A stretch of DNA of 63,530 nt, the filler included, from Chrysochromulina tobinii (taxonomy: Eukaryota), in assembly GCA_001275005.1 (NCBI GenBank). It is 6 parts of 6 records of this genome, joined end to end, with 100 filler letters (N's around TTAATTAATTAA, not from the genome) between each part and the next. Parts side by side here need not be neighbours in the genome. Positions count along the whole stretch, not along the records: positions 1 to 11,901 come from JWZX01000193.1; 5 more parts are not named here. One strand, given 5' to 3'. The notes below the pieces were generated by a model. It was not told the DNA's origin. It was given only the letters and a program-made list of their open reading frames with translations, and made no database searches. Positions 1-11,811 of the stretch are shown here, piece after piece. The translations under genes were made by a program, and so were the position numbers. Numbering within the stretch: position 1 is the first letter of the stretch; each line of letters opens with the position of its first letter.

Positions 1-1341
1 TGCCGCGTCGGCCGCCGCCGCCCCGGCCGCCGCCGCGTCGGCCGCCATCGCCTCGGCCGCCGCCGCCTCAGCCGCAGCTGCCTCAGCCTCTTCTCTCGCC
101 TTTGCATTCTCGGCTTCTTCTTCCACGCGCAACCCAGGTGAATCTTTGGCAGACTCGAGCCTCTCGCCCCCAATCCCATCCATCAGCTCTTTCTCCTGCT
201 CAATCACTTTGTGCACAATCGGCGTCAGCTTCTGTGATGGAGGTCGGCCCGAGAAGCCGCCGAAAATAGAGGTCGCCACGCTGCCCGCAATGTTGTCTCG
301 TCTTCGCTTGGGCGACGGCAGGGATGGCTTCAAAGGTACAGCTTTGGGGCTGGAGAGGGTTTGGAGCAAATTGGCGAGCGAACCAGGTGGCGAGTTTGAC
401 GGGGGTACCACGACCAGGATTCCGCGCGGGCTCTCGAGCTTCTTAAAGGCGGGGATGGGCGCCTTGATCGACTTGTGATTGGTGACCATCTTCTCGCCTT
501 CCTCAATGTCGTGATCGAGCTTTGCCCGCCTCTCGCGCTCCAGCTGCTTGCGCTCATGGATACGGCGCACAGCGCTGCGCCGGGCGATCACGTCAGCTTC
601 CCTGGCGAGAGCGAGCCTCCGCTTCTTCTCAAGCACCTCGAGCTCCTCGGCCTCGCGCTCGAGCCGCTCGCGCTCGACTCGTTCGTGCAACTGGCGCTGC
701 CAGTCGCTGTTGCCTTTTGCAGCACTCTTGCTGTCCTCGGCTTGCGCGGGGTTCTCGTCCTTGAGCTCCTTATAGCCAAAGATGCACGGTAAGCAGCCGA
801 AGAGGCGTGGCAAGCACGAGCAAAGAAGCGCGGAGCATAGGAAGAGTCCCAAGATGAGCGGCAGGTATGCTTGGTACTCGCCCGAGAGCTGCTGGGCAAA
901 GATGAAGGCGTTGATTTGGGGCGACGAAGGAGGCAGCGGCGGCAACGGTGGGGGCGGAAGGGGCGGCGGCGACTGTGGGGGCGGAGAGGGAGGTGGCGAT
1001 GGTTCAGGGGAAGGCGCCGGAGGATAGGGCGGCGGCGATGGTTCAGGAGAGGGCGGTGTCGGCGGCTCGGGCGGGAACGGAGAGGGGGGAGGCGGCGACG
1101 GCTCGGGTAGGAGCGGGGAGGACTGCGGCGATGGCCTGGGCGGGAACGGCGAGGGGATTTGCTGTTGGTGCTGCGGATGTCGACCAGAAAGGTAATCTAT
1201 GGCGTGTGCATCCAGACCCTTGAGGCCATTCCCAACGGACCGTGCGCCAGGGTCGGAGTGGCTGGAATGGTTCGAATCGGCGAGCTCGTGATCAAACGGG
1301 TTGTGCAAATCTCCCCCCTCCACGGCATCGCTCAGAATCAT
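1..1341 (-). CDS. Pro-rich, single-TM, coiled-coil hypothetical protein (3' end runs off the window)
   Basis: Manually read minus-strand frame from ATG at 1341 to position 1; absent from the ORF track because no stop falls in the window. Contains a PSPPP-rich segment, hydrophobic YLPLILGLFLCSALLCSCL, a charged RERLEREAEELE coil and an Ala/Glu tail. Confidence 0.65.
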   Translation of the reverse strand, partial: MILSDAVEGGDLHNPFDHELADSNHSSHSDPGARSVGNGLKGLDAHAIDYLSGRHPQHQQQIPSPFPPRPSPQSSPLLPEPSPPPPSPFPPEPPTPPSPEPSPPPYPPAPSPEPSPPPSPPPQSPPPLPPPPLPPLPPSSPQINAFIFAQQLSGEYQAYLPLILGLFLCSALLCSCLPRLFGCLPCIFGYKELKDENPAQAEDSKSAAKGNSDWQRQLHERVERERLEREAEELEVLEKKRRLALAREADVIARRSAVRRIHERKQLERERRAKLDHDIEEGEKMVTNHKSIKAPIPAFKKLESPRGILVVVPPSNSPPGSLANLLQTLSSPKAVPLKPSLPSPKRRRDNIAGSVATSIFGGFSGRPPSQKLTPIVHKVIEQEKELMDGIGGERLESAKDSPGLRVEEEAENAKAREEAEAAAAEAAAAEAMAADAAAAGAAAADAA

Positions 1342-1615
1342 CGCGAGTCGGCGAAGATCGTAAGCCCCGAACTCGCGTGCGCGTTTAGAACTTGTCCTAC
1401 TTTGACAACTTCGTAAGTTCAAAATTTTCGGAAATTCCTGGGTCTCCGTGAGCGAGCACGTCTCCCCCCCGTACGCTCACCCAGTACGGGAGCGCCTATA
1501 GAAAAGCAACCATGTGGGCCAAACCGTCGCGGGAGATCACACTCAGGAGATGGAGGGGACGGTCAAAACACCGAACTCGACAGTCGTTGTGGCTGGCGCC
1601 AAGCGAGCCGCTCTT

Positions 1616-2383
1616 TCAAAGTCGCTGCGCCAGGAAAGCAACCGCCAAGATCACCAGAGTCGAGGCCCCCACCATGAGCAACTGCATGCCGCCTAGATGC
1701 CCTGCTGGCGATGCCTCAACGACCTGGTCCATCTCAGGCGCCTCATCATGCTCCGATGGATGCATGATGAGTTCCGGGAAGAGCTCGCAAAAGATGGGCG
1801 ACTTGCGGTTGAATGCGTGCGAGGCCAATGCGAGCCGTCTGCGCTCCGCCTCGCTGGTCTCGATGCTCCCTACAGTTGGCGTCGCTTCGAGCATGAAAGA
1901 GAGCACACCGTTGAGAATCGAGGCCACTGACCATGCGGGTACCCATGTCTCCGGGTGGAAGTCGCTCATGGAGAGGCACAGACGAGTGTTCGTCGCGAAG
2001 CGTCCACTGCGCGAGAAGATGGCAGATCGGGATGAGTCATGAGCAGAAGGCGAAGACAGGTCGCAGGGGCAGCGGGCTCACTTGGGTGTCAGCATCATGA
2101 TCGCGGGTGGCTTGTATGGATAATCAGCCGGGAAGACAAGCTTGCCGTGGTATCGGCCTCCTGCATAGGGTGTGTCCTTTGGACCCTTGATGACAAAATG
2201 CCACTCAAGCATGTTTTGTGGCCTGTTGGGGGCAGTGAGTAAGTGTGAGCAGAACGAGGTCCATCGGCAATGGAGCATGACTCGATGCTCGAACCTTGGG
2301 TGTGCCGCAATATCTGGCAATGGGTCAGCTCCTAGCCGCACGTATTCCTTTTGCAGCCTCAGGAGGCACGGACGCGACCCCAT
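1616..2383 (-). CDS. UBE2J2: Ubiquitin-conjugating enzyme E2 J / Ubc6 (tail-anchored); introns 2223-2294 and 2007-2081
   Basis: Motifs [43 protein letters not shown] and [30 protein letters not shown] (catalytic Cys); C-terminal TM; GT-AG splicing restores the frame. Confidence 0.93.
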
Positions 2384-2659
2384 GTGAAAGCGACGCTCCA
2401 CGTCTCGCACGAAATCCTTCCGCTCTCACGCCCATCCCGAAATTGCGCTGAAACAGAATCTGAACAGTACTTCGTTCTCCAACGAATCGCCGCTCCACTC
2501 GACAATCAGGTGTGTGCGACACCGTGGCCATGCTACCGACGATTCGAAATTCCACGTTTCGTCATCTTCTGCCGCGCAGTGCCCCTTCGCCAGCCGAGAA
2601 GCCGAAGGCGCGCCGCAGCCAGTCGAGGCGGCGCAGAGCAACGCTCCAAGCTTTCTCCG
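2384..2659. promoter_or_regulatory. Probable compact bidirectional promoter between UBE2J and TOP6A
   Basis: The two start codons diverge about 275 nt apart. No specific element was identified. Confidence 0.4.
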
Positions 2660-4059
2660 ATGCCTCCCGCTAAGCGCCAAGCCGCAGCACCTCTCGAGCC
2701 ACCCAGCGGCTGGACCGTTGATGCCGTGCTCAAGAACGTCAAGAAGCTCAGGACTACGATGGGCGATCAGGCAGCTGGCAAGCAGACGCTCGCGGATGTG
2801 GGCGTATCGGGCGTCACCAAGGAGGTGATTGCCATGGATCGCCACCTGGTCACGCGCGCGATCGAGCGCATCGCGATGGACGCGGCGCTCACCATCATGC
2901 GCGGTGAGGGCTTCAGCTACACGATGCCTGTGCGCACGGCCTCGAACATGCTGTACGTGCCCGAGCTGGACCGGCTTGTACTCAAGGACAAGATGCTCGA
3001 GCGCGTCTTCGCGAACGCGTCGGCCGCTCGCAAGACGGCTATCACCACGCGCGTGCTCCAGCTCGTCCTCGAGCTGTGCGGGCGCGGCATCCATGTGACG
3101 AAGCGCGACCTCTTCTACACGGACGTGAAGCTCTTCAAGCAGCAGACCGAGTCGGACGACGTGCTCGACGACGCCGCGTGCATGATCGGGTGCACACGCT
3201 CGTCGCTGAACGTCGTCGCCTCCGAGAAGGGCATCGTCGTCGGCAGGATCATCTTTGAGGACGATGGCGACACGATCGACTGCACCAAGATGGGCGTGGG
3301 AGGCAAGGCGATCCCGCCGTCGATCGACCGCGTGACGAGCATTCGCGGCGACGCGCAGTTCATCCTTCTCATTGAAAAGGATGCTGCGTTCATGCGCCTC
3401 GCCGAAGATCGCTTCTACAACACGTACCCTTGCGTGATCATGACCGGGAAGGGGCAGCCTGACGTGGCAACACGTCTCTTCCTCAACAAGGTGCGTGCCG
3501 GCCGGCGGGGGCGGCGGGGGCGGCTGCGAGGATGGCTGGGGATCTGCCTTCGAGCTCCTCTGCGTGCCAGCGAGAGTCACTTGGAGGCTCTCACTTCGAG
3601 TCCCAGTGAGTGCCACTGAGTCCCCTCGGCTGCGCCCGGCCTGTCCTCTCGCACCAGGTGCGCGCGACGCTCAACATACCGGTGCTCGGGCTCTTCGACG
3701 CGGACCCGTACGGGCTCAAGATCCTCTCGGTGTACATGAAGGGCTCCAAGAACATGTCGTACGACGCCATCAACCTCACCACGCCCGACATCAAATGGCT
3801 CGGGGTGCGCCCGTCCGACCTCGACAAGTACCAGATCCCCAAGCAGTGCCGGCTCGAGATGACAGAGCACGACATCAAGGAGGGCAAACAGCTGCTCACC
3901 GAGGAGTTCATCAAGTCCAATCCCGAGTGGCACAAGGAGCTCGAGCTCATGGTGCGCTCCAAGGTCAAGGCCGAGATCCAGGCGCTCTCATCGTTTGGGT
4001 TCCAGTACCTGTCCAAAGAGTACCTGCCGCGGAAGCTCAAGGAGGGCGATTGGATCTGA
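2660..4059 (+). CDS. TOP6A: DNA topoisomerase VI subunit A (SPO11-3 type); intron 3491-3657
   Basis: [15 protein letters not shown] (catalytic Tyr), TOPRIM motifs [17 protein letters not shown] and DADPYG, and C-terminal [15 protein letters not shown]; splice AAG|GT...CAG|GTG joins the two ORFs. Confidence 0.95.
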
Positions 4060-4239
4060 CTAGGATGGGTTTCTCTCAGTACGCACGCGAACTAACTTCT
4101 CTCGATGTGTCTGAATTCACAGCATGTTTTCACACTATATAAGTTTTTAAGTCCCAAATGAGAAAACTTTTTTTCGCGACTTCGCACTCTCTCCTCCGCC
4201 GACAGAGCGTTCAGCCCGCTGGACGAGGACGTGGAGCTC

Positions 4240-7200
4240 ATGCCAGTCGAGCGTCAAGAGCATGGCAGCCCGGCAAGCGTGGCGACGACCAAAACGGCGC
4301 ACCGTCGTGAGGACGCGAAGCCGTTGCTGGGCGCACCGGCCAGAAGCGACGCCGAGATGTGGCAGCTTGACGCCCCACCTTCTTCCATCAGCCCAGGCCG
4401 TCGAAAGTTTTTCCACAACGGCCCCGTCAGGAGCCCCGATGGCCCCAAAGCGCCCAGCAGCGCACCGGCAGACCGAGGTACGGAGCGCGGAGCTGGTCGG
4501 TCCTGGTTCGACAAAGCAGCGTTTGCGCGCTTCACCTCGTGGGCGCAGGATGTGCTGTCCGGCGAGGAGGGATACGGTTGCATCAGCACGCGCCTCATCA
4601 TCGCGCTCTCCTGCGTGGGCATCGGCGCAGTTGTCTGCCTCATCTACAACGTGGGGGGCGTGGGCGAAGTACTCAGCGCGAAGGCGTCATTTGTGTTGCA
4701 GGAGCTCGTTGTCTTGCTAACCAACGCGGCTGCGGGCCTGGACGCAGCGTGGCAGACCGCGTGGCAGGGCGTGGGCGCCGTTGCACTCGGCGCGTGGGGA
4801 AGGCTGTCTTCACTCGCCTCGGAGGAAACGTGGACAGCCATCCTCGCGTGGTTCACGGACACGGAGTCGGAGGCGTGCCCTGATGGTCTGCTGATCCCGG
4901 GGCCGGCGCCCTCGCGCTCAGGGACGCTCGTGACGTTGCTTCTGCTCCTGTGGGCATTTGTGGCGACCGCCATCGGTGCGGACATCTTTATGGAAGCGAT
5001 CGAGTTCATCACTTCGCAGGAGGTCAGCACGGTCGTCTCCTTACCCGGCGGCAAGAGCAAGACGCTCACCCACAAGGTGTGGAACGCGACGGTGGCCAAC
5101 CTGTCGCTGATGGCGCTCGGCACCTCCTCGCCGGAGATTCTGCTCTCGATCATCGAGATTGTGGGAACGGGCTTTTACGCGGGCGAGCTCGGGCCTTCGT
5201 GTATCGTAGGCTCGGCTGCCTTCAACCTGATGATGATTTCGGGCTTGTGCGTGGTCGCACTGCCGGCGGGCCAAGGGCGGTACATTCGGCAGACCTCGGT
5301 CTTCTACATCACCTCCGCCGCCTCGTGCTTCGCCTACTTCTGGCTGTATCTGATCCTCGTGCAGCTCACGCCCGATATCGTCACGCCCATCGAGGGACTT
5401 CTCACGCTCTTCTTCTTCCCCATGCTCGTCCTCGTCGCGTACCAGGCCGACGTGGGCACCCTCGGCACACTGCCGGGCTGGATCCAGCGCCCTCTGGACG
5501 TGGTCTGGGCGGTGAACGACGAGCCGTACGTCTTCGTGGAGGGCGTCGGCATCAAGGAGCGGCGCGTTCTTGGCATTGAGGGGAGCGTTGGCTCGGATGC
5601 GTACATCAAGCGCTCGCAGGCCTACTATCGACGCACGACGCTCGGAGCGCGCCAGAAGCGTCGCGAGCGCCAGCCGCTCTGGGTCGCCATGGCCAACATG
5701 AAGACGCGCTCGCTGCTCGCGGTCGGCAGCTCGGAGTTTGAGATCGGCGCATCGCAGTACAGCGTAGTGGCCACCGACCGGCGCGTCCTCATCGACATCT
5801 TCCGCACGGGCGCGACGACGGAGGCGGCCTCGGTGCACTACGAGGTGACGCTCGGCCGTATCGCGGGCGAGTCTGGCGCGAGCCAGATCGCGTGCGAGGG
5901 GTTCGTGCTATTCGAGCCCTCGCAGCAGAGGTCGACGCTCGTGATCGAGGTGCTCCCCGAGGACATCGAGCTCGCACGCAAGAGTCGCGAGTCGTTCGAG
6001 GCCAAAGAGCTGGACGCCCAAAGTGCCACCGGGCATCAGCATTCGACTGCCGCTCAGCGTGCTCGAGAGGAGGCGAATGCGGCCGAGAGGGCGCGTTACA
6101 AGCTGGCGAAGATGGCGTCGCCCACCAAGGTGGTGCAGCCGGCCGACGCCATCTTCCTGGTGCGCATCGACCAGCCCTCGGCTGGCGCCACGGTCGGCCC
6201 CGTGAGCGAGACGGCCGTCGTCGTCGAGGACGAGGCCTCTCCGGGGGTCTTCTCTCTAGAGAGCGACAGGGTGGTGGTCAAAGAGGACGCAGGCAAGGCG
6301 ACGCTGACTGTACGACGCGACCACGGCGCCAAGGGCGTGGTGAGTGTTCGCGTCAAGACCAAGAACGGGAACGCCGTTGCACCCGCCGACTACTTGCCCG
6401 TCGACACGGTGCTAACCTTCAGAGACCAGCAGAGGACCGCGAGTATCGACGTGCTGCTCGTCAAGGACAAGTCTTACGAGGGGGATGAGTCGTTTCAGGT
6501 GATCTTCTCGGACGCGACGGGTGGCGCCACGTTCCATCCGGACAGCAACGGCTACCCACAGCGCGCCTTCGCGACCGTCGTCATCACGTGCGATGATCCG
6601 GTCGATTGCGGCTCGGCTCTCCTCGTGCGCTTCTGCGGCTTCAACTCCGACGTGTGTGCGCTCGTCATGGAGGCCTGGTACGCTCAATTCGAGGACGCGC
6701 TCACCTATGACCGCGACGGGAGCCTGCTCGGCCACCTCGTCGCGCTGCCCTGGAAGCTCTTCTTCGCGCTGGCGCCGCCGACCGCCCTGGCGGGCGGTTG
6801 GGCCTGCTTCGTCGTGGCGCTCTCGATGATTGGCATACTCACGGCGCTGATCGGCGACCTCGCATCGCACCTCGGCTGCTGCCTGGGCATCAGCAAGGCC
6901 ATTACGGCCATCACCTTCGTCGCGGTCGGCACCTCGCTCCCCGACACCTTCGCCTCGATGAAGGCCGCGCGCGAGGAAGAATATGCCGATGCGTCCCTCG
7001 GCAACGTCACCGGCTCGAATAGCGTCAACGTCTTCCTCGGCCTCGGGCTGCCCTGGGCCATGGCTGCCGTCTACTGGTCCGCTCCTTCATTCTTTCCCTA
7101 TATCTGGGGGGGGTCATCCCGAGGAGAGCACGTGGCGCGTGCGCTATGCTGGCGAGTCGTGGTACAACGACGGGATGCCGCTCAGCTTCGCTGTGCCCGC

Positions 7201-7390
7201 GGGTGATCTTGGCTACACCGTCTTCATGTTCTTGCTCTGTGCGATGGTCACGCTGGGCATTATCTTCCTGCGCCGCGCCGTCTTCGGCGTCGAGTTGGGC
7301 GGGCCGCAGCCGTGGGCCTCGCTCACCTTTGTGGTGTTCGCAGGCCTCTGGGTCTTCTACTTGAGCGCGTGCATCGTCAACGGCACCTGA
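4240..7390 (+). CDS. NCX: Na+/Ca2+ exchanger (SLC8/NCX family, Calx-beta domains); +1 frameshift in the G8 run at 7106-7113
   Basis: Alpha-1 repeat NLSLMALGTSSPEILLS, alpha-2 repeat AITFVAVGTSLPDTFAS, GNVTGSNSVNVFLGLG and Calx-beta motifs. The last TMs (VPAGDLGYTV...RRAVFGVELGGP) lie in the other frame, and removing one G restores them. Confidence 0.9.
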
Positions 7391-7771
7391 GCAGAGCTGC
7401 ATGTGTCGATGCATGCGCGGCCCTTGTCGTCATCTCTCAACTGACCAGTAATAGCTTCTACGGCCGTGAATACGGCAGGGGACTCGTGGAGGACGACGTG
7501 GCATGCGGTGCTCTGCGCCCAGCGCGGGTAATGACCCTGCTGTTGTGCTCAACATGCTTGCGTATCAGATCCTCGATTGACGGCCTTGAGACAGTTGTGC
7601 GATGACACGTTGTGCTCGTGAAGATGAAGAGTGTTGTGTGGACATATTGAGGACACACGAAAGGAATGAAAGCGCCTCCCAGTGTGTGTGGTAAACTTTG
7701 TATAACACTTCGGAACGGCAGCGGCTCGGACCGCGCGTCGCTGCACGCTGGCGCGCGCGGGAGCACACTCC

Positions 7772-7834
7772 AGGTATTTTGCACAAAAAAAAGGGGGCGC
7801 GGGTGCGGGCACGGGTGCGGACACGGGAATCGTC
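7772..7834 (+). repeat. Left TIR of Harbinger element
   Basis: AGGTATTTTGCA-N13-GCGCGGGTGCGGGCACGGGTGCGGACACGGGAATCGTC matches the reverse complement of 11749-11811. Confidence 0.85.
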
Positions 7835-7841
7835 ATTTCCA

Positions 7842-9116
7842 ATGCGAAGGCCATGGAGCGCCGGCCTCGACCGCTTGCAGAGCCGCAGCAAGCTCGTGGG
7901 CATCGTCGCGCTCAGCGTGTTGGCACAGCTCGACCAGGGTATGAGTTCGTCCGACTCGGGCAGCGACTCGGGCTTCTCGAGTAGCAGCTCCAGCTCATTC
8001 TCAAGTGATGGTGCTGGAGGCTTCAGAACGATGTTGCTGAACGCGCAGGGCCAGCTGCTGCTGAGCGCAGCGGAGCCCTACTTCCGCAAGAAGACCGTCT
8101 ACGCCATTGGGCCTGAGCGCTGGAGCTTCGCTCGTATTCAACGCCAATTTGGCACGAGCGCCTCGTGCAAGACGTTCTTCCGCTTCACGCTAGCCGACAT
8201 GAAGCGGCTGCTCCGCGCGCTGCGGTTCCCGAAGGTGATGAGGACGCATTCGCGTCGACCGCACAGCGCGAGCGGCGAGGAGGTATTGTGCCTCTTACTC
8301 CGCCGTCTGAGCTACCCGACCATTGGCGCTGTGCTGTGCTGGGAGTGTGGCCGCTCGGCGAGTGGCATCTCGGAGCTCGTGCAGGCAGGGGTGGACCATA
8401 TTTACAATGAGTTCGAGCACCTGCGGGACAATCGGTCTCTCGAGTGCTGGGGGCCGCATTTCCCGCGCTTTGCGCGTATCATCGCGCGTGGTGGTAAATC
8501 TGGTCCGTGTCCACTCACCAATTGTGTCGGATTCGTGGATGGGAGTAATCAGCGGCTGTCGAGGCCAGGTCGTTACCAGCACATACTTTACAATGGGCAC
8601 AAACGCTGTCATTGCGTAAAATGGCAAGGTATCATGCTGCCGAATGGAATCATGCCCATGCCGTTCGGCCCTATCAATGGCCGAAACAATGATGCATTCA
8701 TGCTGAGCAAGAGTGGGCTGATCCGAATTATGCGTCGGATTTGCAGGCGGCTTGGACAGGCATATTGCCTCTATGGTGATCCTGCTTACCCCTTTTCTGA
8801 CTGGATGTGTTGTCCGTTCAAGCATGCGCGCCTCAACGCTGATGAGGCTCATTTCAATACCCAAATGAGCCGAACACGCATCCCAAATGAGTGGGGCTTT
8901 GGGAAAATCAAGGGCAACTTCGCCTTCTTGGACTTTTCGAAGGGCATGGAGCCATACAAGAGCGACATCCAGCGTCTCTGGCCTGTAGCCGTCATTCTCA
9001 CGAACTGCCACACGTGCTGTTATGGCAGCCAGACGGGAGCGCATTTCAGCGTGAAGCCACCCGATCTGTTTGAGTATGTGCACATGGGACTAGAGTATGA
9101 GAAGCGTGACCCGTGA
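7842..9116 (+). CDS. Harbinger/HARBI1-like DDE transposase
   Basis: FFRFT, SGEEVLCLLLRRLSYP (HTH), CVGFVDGS, YNGHKRCH, GRNND, LYGDPAYP and FNTQMSRTRIPNEWGFG; catalytic residues appear intact. Confidence 0.92.
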   Translation: MRRPWSAGLDRLQSRSKLVGIVALSVLAQLDQGMSSSDSGSDSGFSSSSSSSFSSDGAGGFRTMLLNAQGQLLLSAAEPYFRKKTVYAIGPERWSFARIQRQFGTSASCKTFFRFTLADMKRLLRALRFPKVMRTHSRRPHSASGEEVLCLLLRRLSYPTIGAVLCWECGRSASGISELVQAGVDHIYNEFEHLRDNRSLECWGPHFPRFARIIARGGKSGPCPLTNCVGFVDGSNQRLSRPGRYQHILYNGHKRCHCVKWQGIMLPNGIMPMPFGPINGRNNDAFMLSKSGLIRIMRRICRRLGQAYCLYGDPAYPFSDWMCCPFKHARLNADEAHFNTQMSRTRIPNEWGFGKIKGNFAFLDFSKGMEPYKSDIQRLWPVAVILTNCHTCCYGSQTGAHFSVKPPDLFEYVHMGLEYEKRDP

Positions 9117-9318
9117 TGGGTAGTATCTATACAATGAGTTGCGCACATTGCCATCCACACCGCATGATGGGCACATTCACACTGATTACACGCACAGGCA
9201 CACGCGGAGGCGCATGTGGCGCACCGTTCGGCGCACCGTTCTACCGCGCACCGTTTACCGTGCTCATTCTTTACGAAACCGTTGACACGCTCTCCGATGC
9301 CAGAAGCGCTCAGGCCTC

Positions 9319-11640
9319 CTAAATGGAGGCGATGATCGAAGCCCGCTTGTCTTCGTATTCCTTCGCCGAGAGGATACTTTTCATAGCCTCGAGCTCAGCA
9401 AGTCGCTGCGCCGGGGTTTTCCGGGTGAGCGACTCAATCAAGGTCTGCTGTGCTGCCGCTGCTGCTGCGGCCGCCGCTGTGGCTGCTTCATTCTGAAGAG
9501 AAAGGACCTTGAGCTGGTGGGCATGCTCATCCTTGCGGGCATCCGCAGCCGCAGTGAGCTTCTCGCTCTGCCTTCGCTCCGAAGCTGCAAACTTGGCCTT
9601 CTGCGCATCCGCTGCCTTCTCAGCTGCCGCCGCGATGCTGTTCCCAAGTGAGGCGATGTCGTCACGGTCGCCACCCCCGCCATCACCCCCGCCGGTACGC
9701 TTTTCCTGTTGGATGCCACATGCCTTGGACATGGCAGTCATGTGCTCACGACTGAGGGTCGAGAGCCAGGTCATGTATGTCATGTGGTGTTGTGCCCAGT
9801 CGCCCAGCTGGCCGACGACGTTCGCAGTGTAGCCAGGCTCGTGCCGGTGGAAGGGCTCGTAGCCAACAAATACGAGGCCGCGCCAAATGGGCTTGAGCAT
9901 CAGCTCGGCGGCGGCGCTCTCCTCCATCTCCTCCTTCTCCATGCCTTTGGCGAGGTCCCACAAGTTGCTCTCGTAGTCGTCAAGGCACCCGATTGCGAGC
10001 ATCACGTCCTCGTTTGGCTCGCTCATTCCCACAGGGATCTTCGTGTGAATGAGGGTGTCATAGACAGACTTGGTCTTCTTCCGCTTCTTGGGGGGCCTCG
10101 CGCCTGTTGAGGCGTCTCCGCCGGAAGATGACTCTCTTGAGGGGAAGGGTGGTTTTGAGCGCTGTCCGCGAGGAGCATCGGCGCCTGCAGCGGCGCTCGC
10201 GCCGGGTGTGCCCTTCGGCTTGCCGCTCTTATTTCGGAAGGCCGATTCGACGTCCGCCTCACGACCTTTTTCCTGTGTCGCCTTCTTGTCCGCTTCGGCC
10301 TTGGCCTTCTCCTCGTCACGCTTGACGCCCTGCTCAAGCTCGATGAGCTTGAAGCAGTTCCTCTCCATCTCATTCTCCGCCTCGCCCTCACCGCTCTCGT
10401 CCGCGTGCGTCGTCGCGAACTTGAGCCTGTACGCGTCCATCAAGCTCGACCGCCGCGGTCCACCACCCTTCTTCTTCGTGCCCGCCCAGAGGTTGTTACG
10501 CAGTACCTCCCAATCACTCTTGTAGATGGGGAAGGCGTGCCGCATCTTATCGGCGAGCTGCTTCCAGGCGTTCGGGTTGCCCAAGCTCATCGCCGACGTC
10601 TTCTGGAAGAGCTTCTTGCCAATGTCGCGCGCCTCACGGCTCGCGGCCTGAAAGTATTCGAGCCCGTCCTTTGACGCCCAGGGCGGCCTGGTTCCGCTCC
10701 ACGCTGGCGCCTTGTGGCCCTCTCCCCTTTCACGCTGCGGCCGACCGTTGTTTGACGGTGGGGAAGGGTTGTCGTCATCGAGGCTGTTGTCGCTCCCCTC
10801 GTCGCCCTGACCGCCCTCCTCGTCGACATGATCACCCTGCTTACTCTCGTTGTCGACCTGATCATCCTGCTCATCATGGTCCATATGCAGAAACTCCTCC
10901 TCCTCGTCGCGCGCGTCTGAGTAGTTTGAGCTGCTGTTGCCATCCTCTTCGTCACCTGCAGGGAGATGGAACACATTTCTGAGTTCATCAGAGGCCATAA
11001 GAGATCATCAGATCAGAGGTCATCAGAGGCCATCAGAGGCCATCAGAGGCCATCAGAGGTCATCAGAGGTCATCTGCTTTTCGTCACCTTCGTGAAGATG
11101 GAATTGACTTTTAGGCACCTTGTGCACGGGTGAGACATCACGCATGCGGCGGCGGGCGGCTTCTTCCTTCTCGGCCTCAGCCTCAGCCCTCTGCTGCTTG
11201 GAATTGACCAAGCGTTCTGATGGCATACGGCGGCGTGCTCCTGATGCACCCGGGCGCGGACTCGACGCGCGCGGTGGTGCCCGGTGAGGACTCTTCAGCG
11301 GAGCAGCCAGCGGGCTAGCATGCCGCGAGGCCACGTTCGAGCGCGTGCCCGGCAGACCACTAGCGATTGACGGCTGCGGCAATCGCTCCGGTCCCGCGCC
11401 TGGTGCGTCTGCGTGCTCATGGGGCTTCTCGGCGTTGAAACCATGGCGCTCGGGCAGCTCGTCGACGTCAATGGCGGCCTCGACTGCTGGTCCGCGCTTC
11501 GACCCGCGCGCGGACGAGCGGCCAGCGGGCGCAGAAGGCTTTGAAGGCCCTTGCTCCTGCTCATCCTCGCTCTCCACAGCTTCCCTGCACCTTTGAAAGA
11601 AGCTTGGCCCATTCTGCTTCGCCTTCCTGGCCCTGGGCAT
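9319..11640 (-). CDS. Harbinger ORF2: Myb/SANT(trihelix)-like DNA-binding protein with SHOCT-like C-terminus; intron 10956-11087
   Basis: WKQLADKMRHAFP...LMDAYRLKF...ESGEGEAENEME..FKLIELE resembles the trihelix domain of Harbinger accessory proteins. Splicing GAAG|GT...CTGCAG|GT joins ORFs 11053-11640 and 9319-10998 in frame. Confidence 0.7.
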
Positions 11641-11748
11641 CGAGCCTAGCCGATTGATGCCTTCAGCGCGCGCCCCGCGTGCGCACGGGAGATACCCGCG
11701 CGCCTGCCCGTGCCGGCGAAGAGGCCACGGGAATGTTGGCCACGGGAA

Positions 11749-11811
11749 GACGATTCCCGTACCCGCGCCCGTCCCCGTACCCGCGCGGGGAGAAAAAAAT
11801 GCAAAATACCT
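11749..11811 (-). repeat. Right TIR of Harbinger element
   Basis: Reverse complement reads AGGTATTTTGCA-N13-GCGCGGGTACGGGGACGGGCGCGGGTACGGGAATCGTC. Confidence 0.85.

Larger units (their letters stand above)
7772..11811. mobile_element. Complete PIF/Harbinger-superfamily DNA transposon (about 4.0 kb)
   Basis: 63-nt imperfect TIRs at 7772-7834 and 11749-11811 enclose a DDE_Tnp_4 transposase and a convergent Myb/trihelix-like gene. Confidence 0.88.

Noticed and set aside
2660..4059. Meiotic SPO11-1/2
   Set aside because: The motif [15 protein letters not shown] and the C-terminus match the TOP6A/SPO11-3 clade.
7106..7113. Programmed ribosomal frameshift in NCX
   Set aside because: No precedent I know of in this family and no evident stimulatory structure. 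A homopolymer error is more parsimonious.
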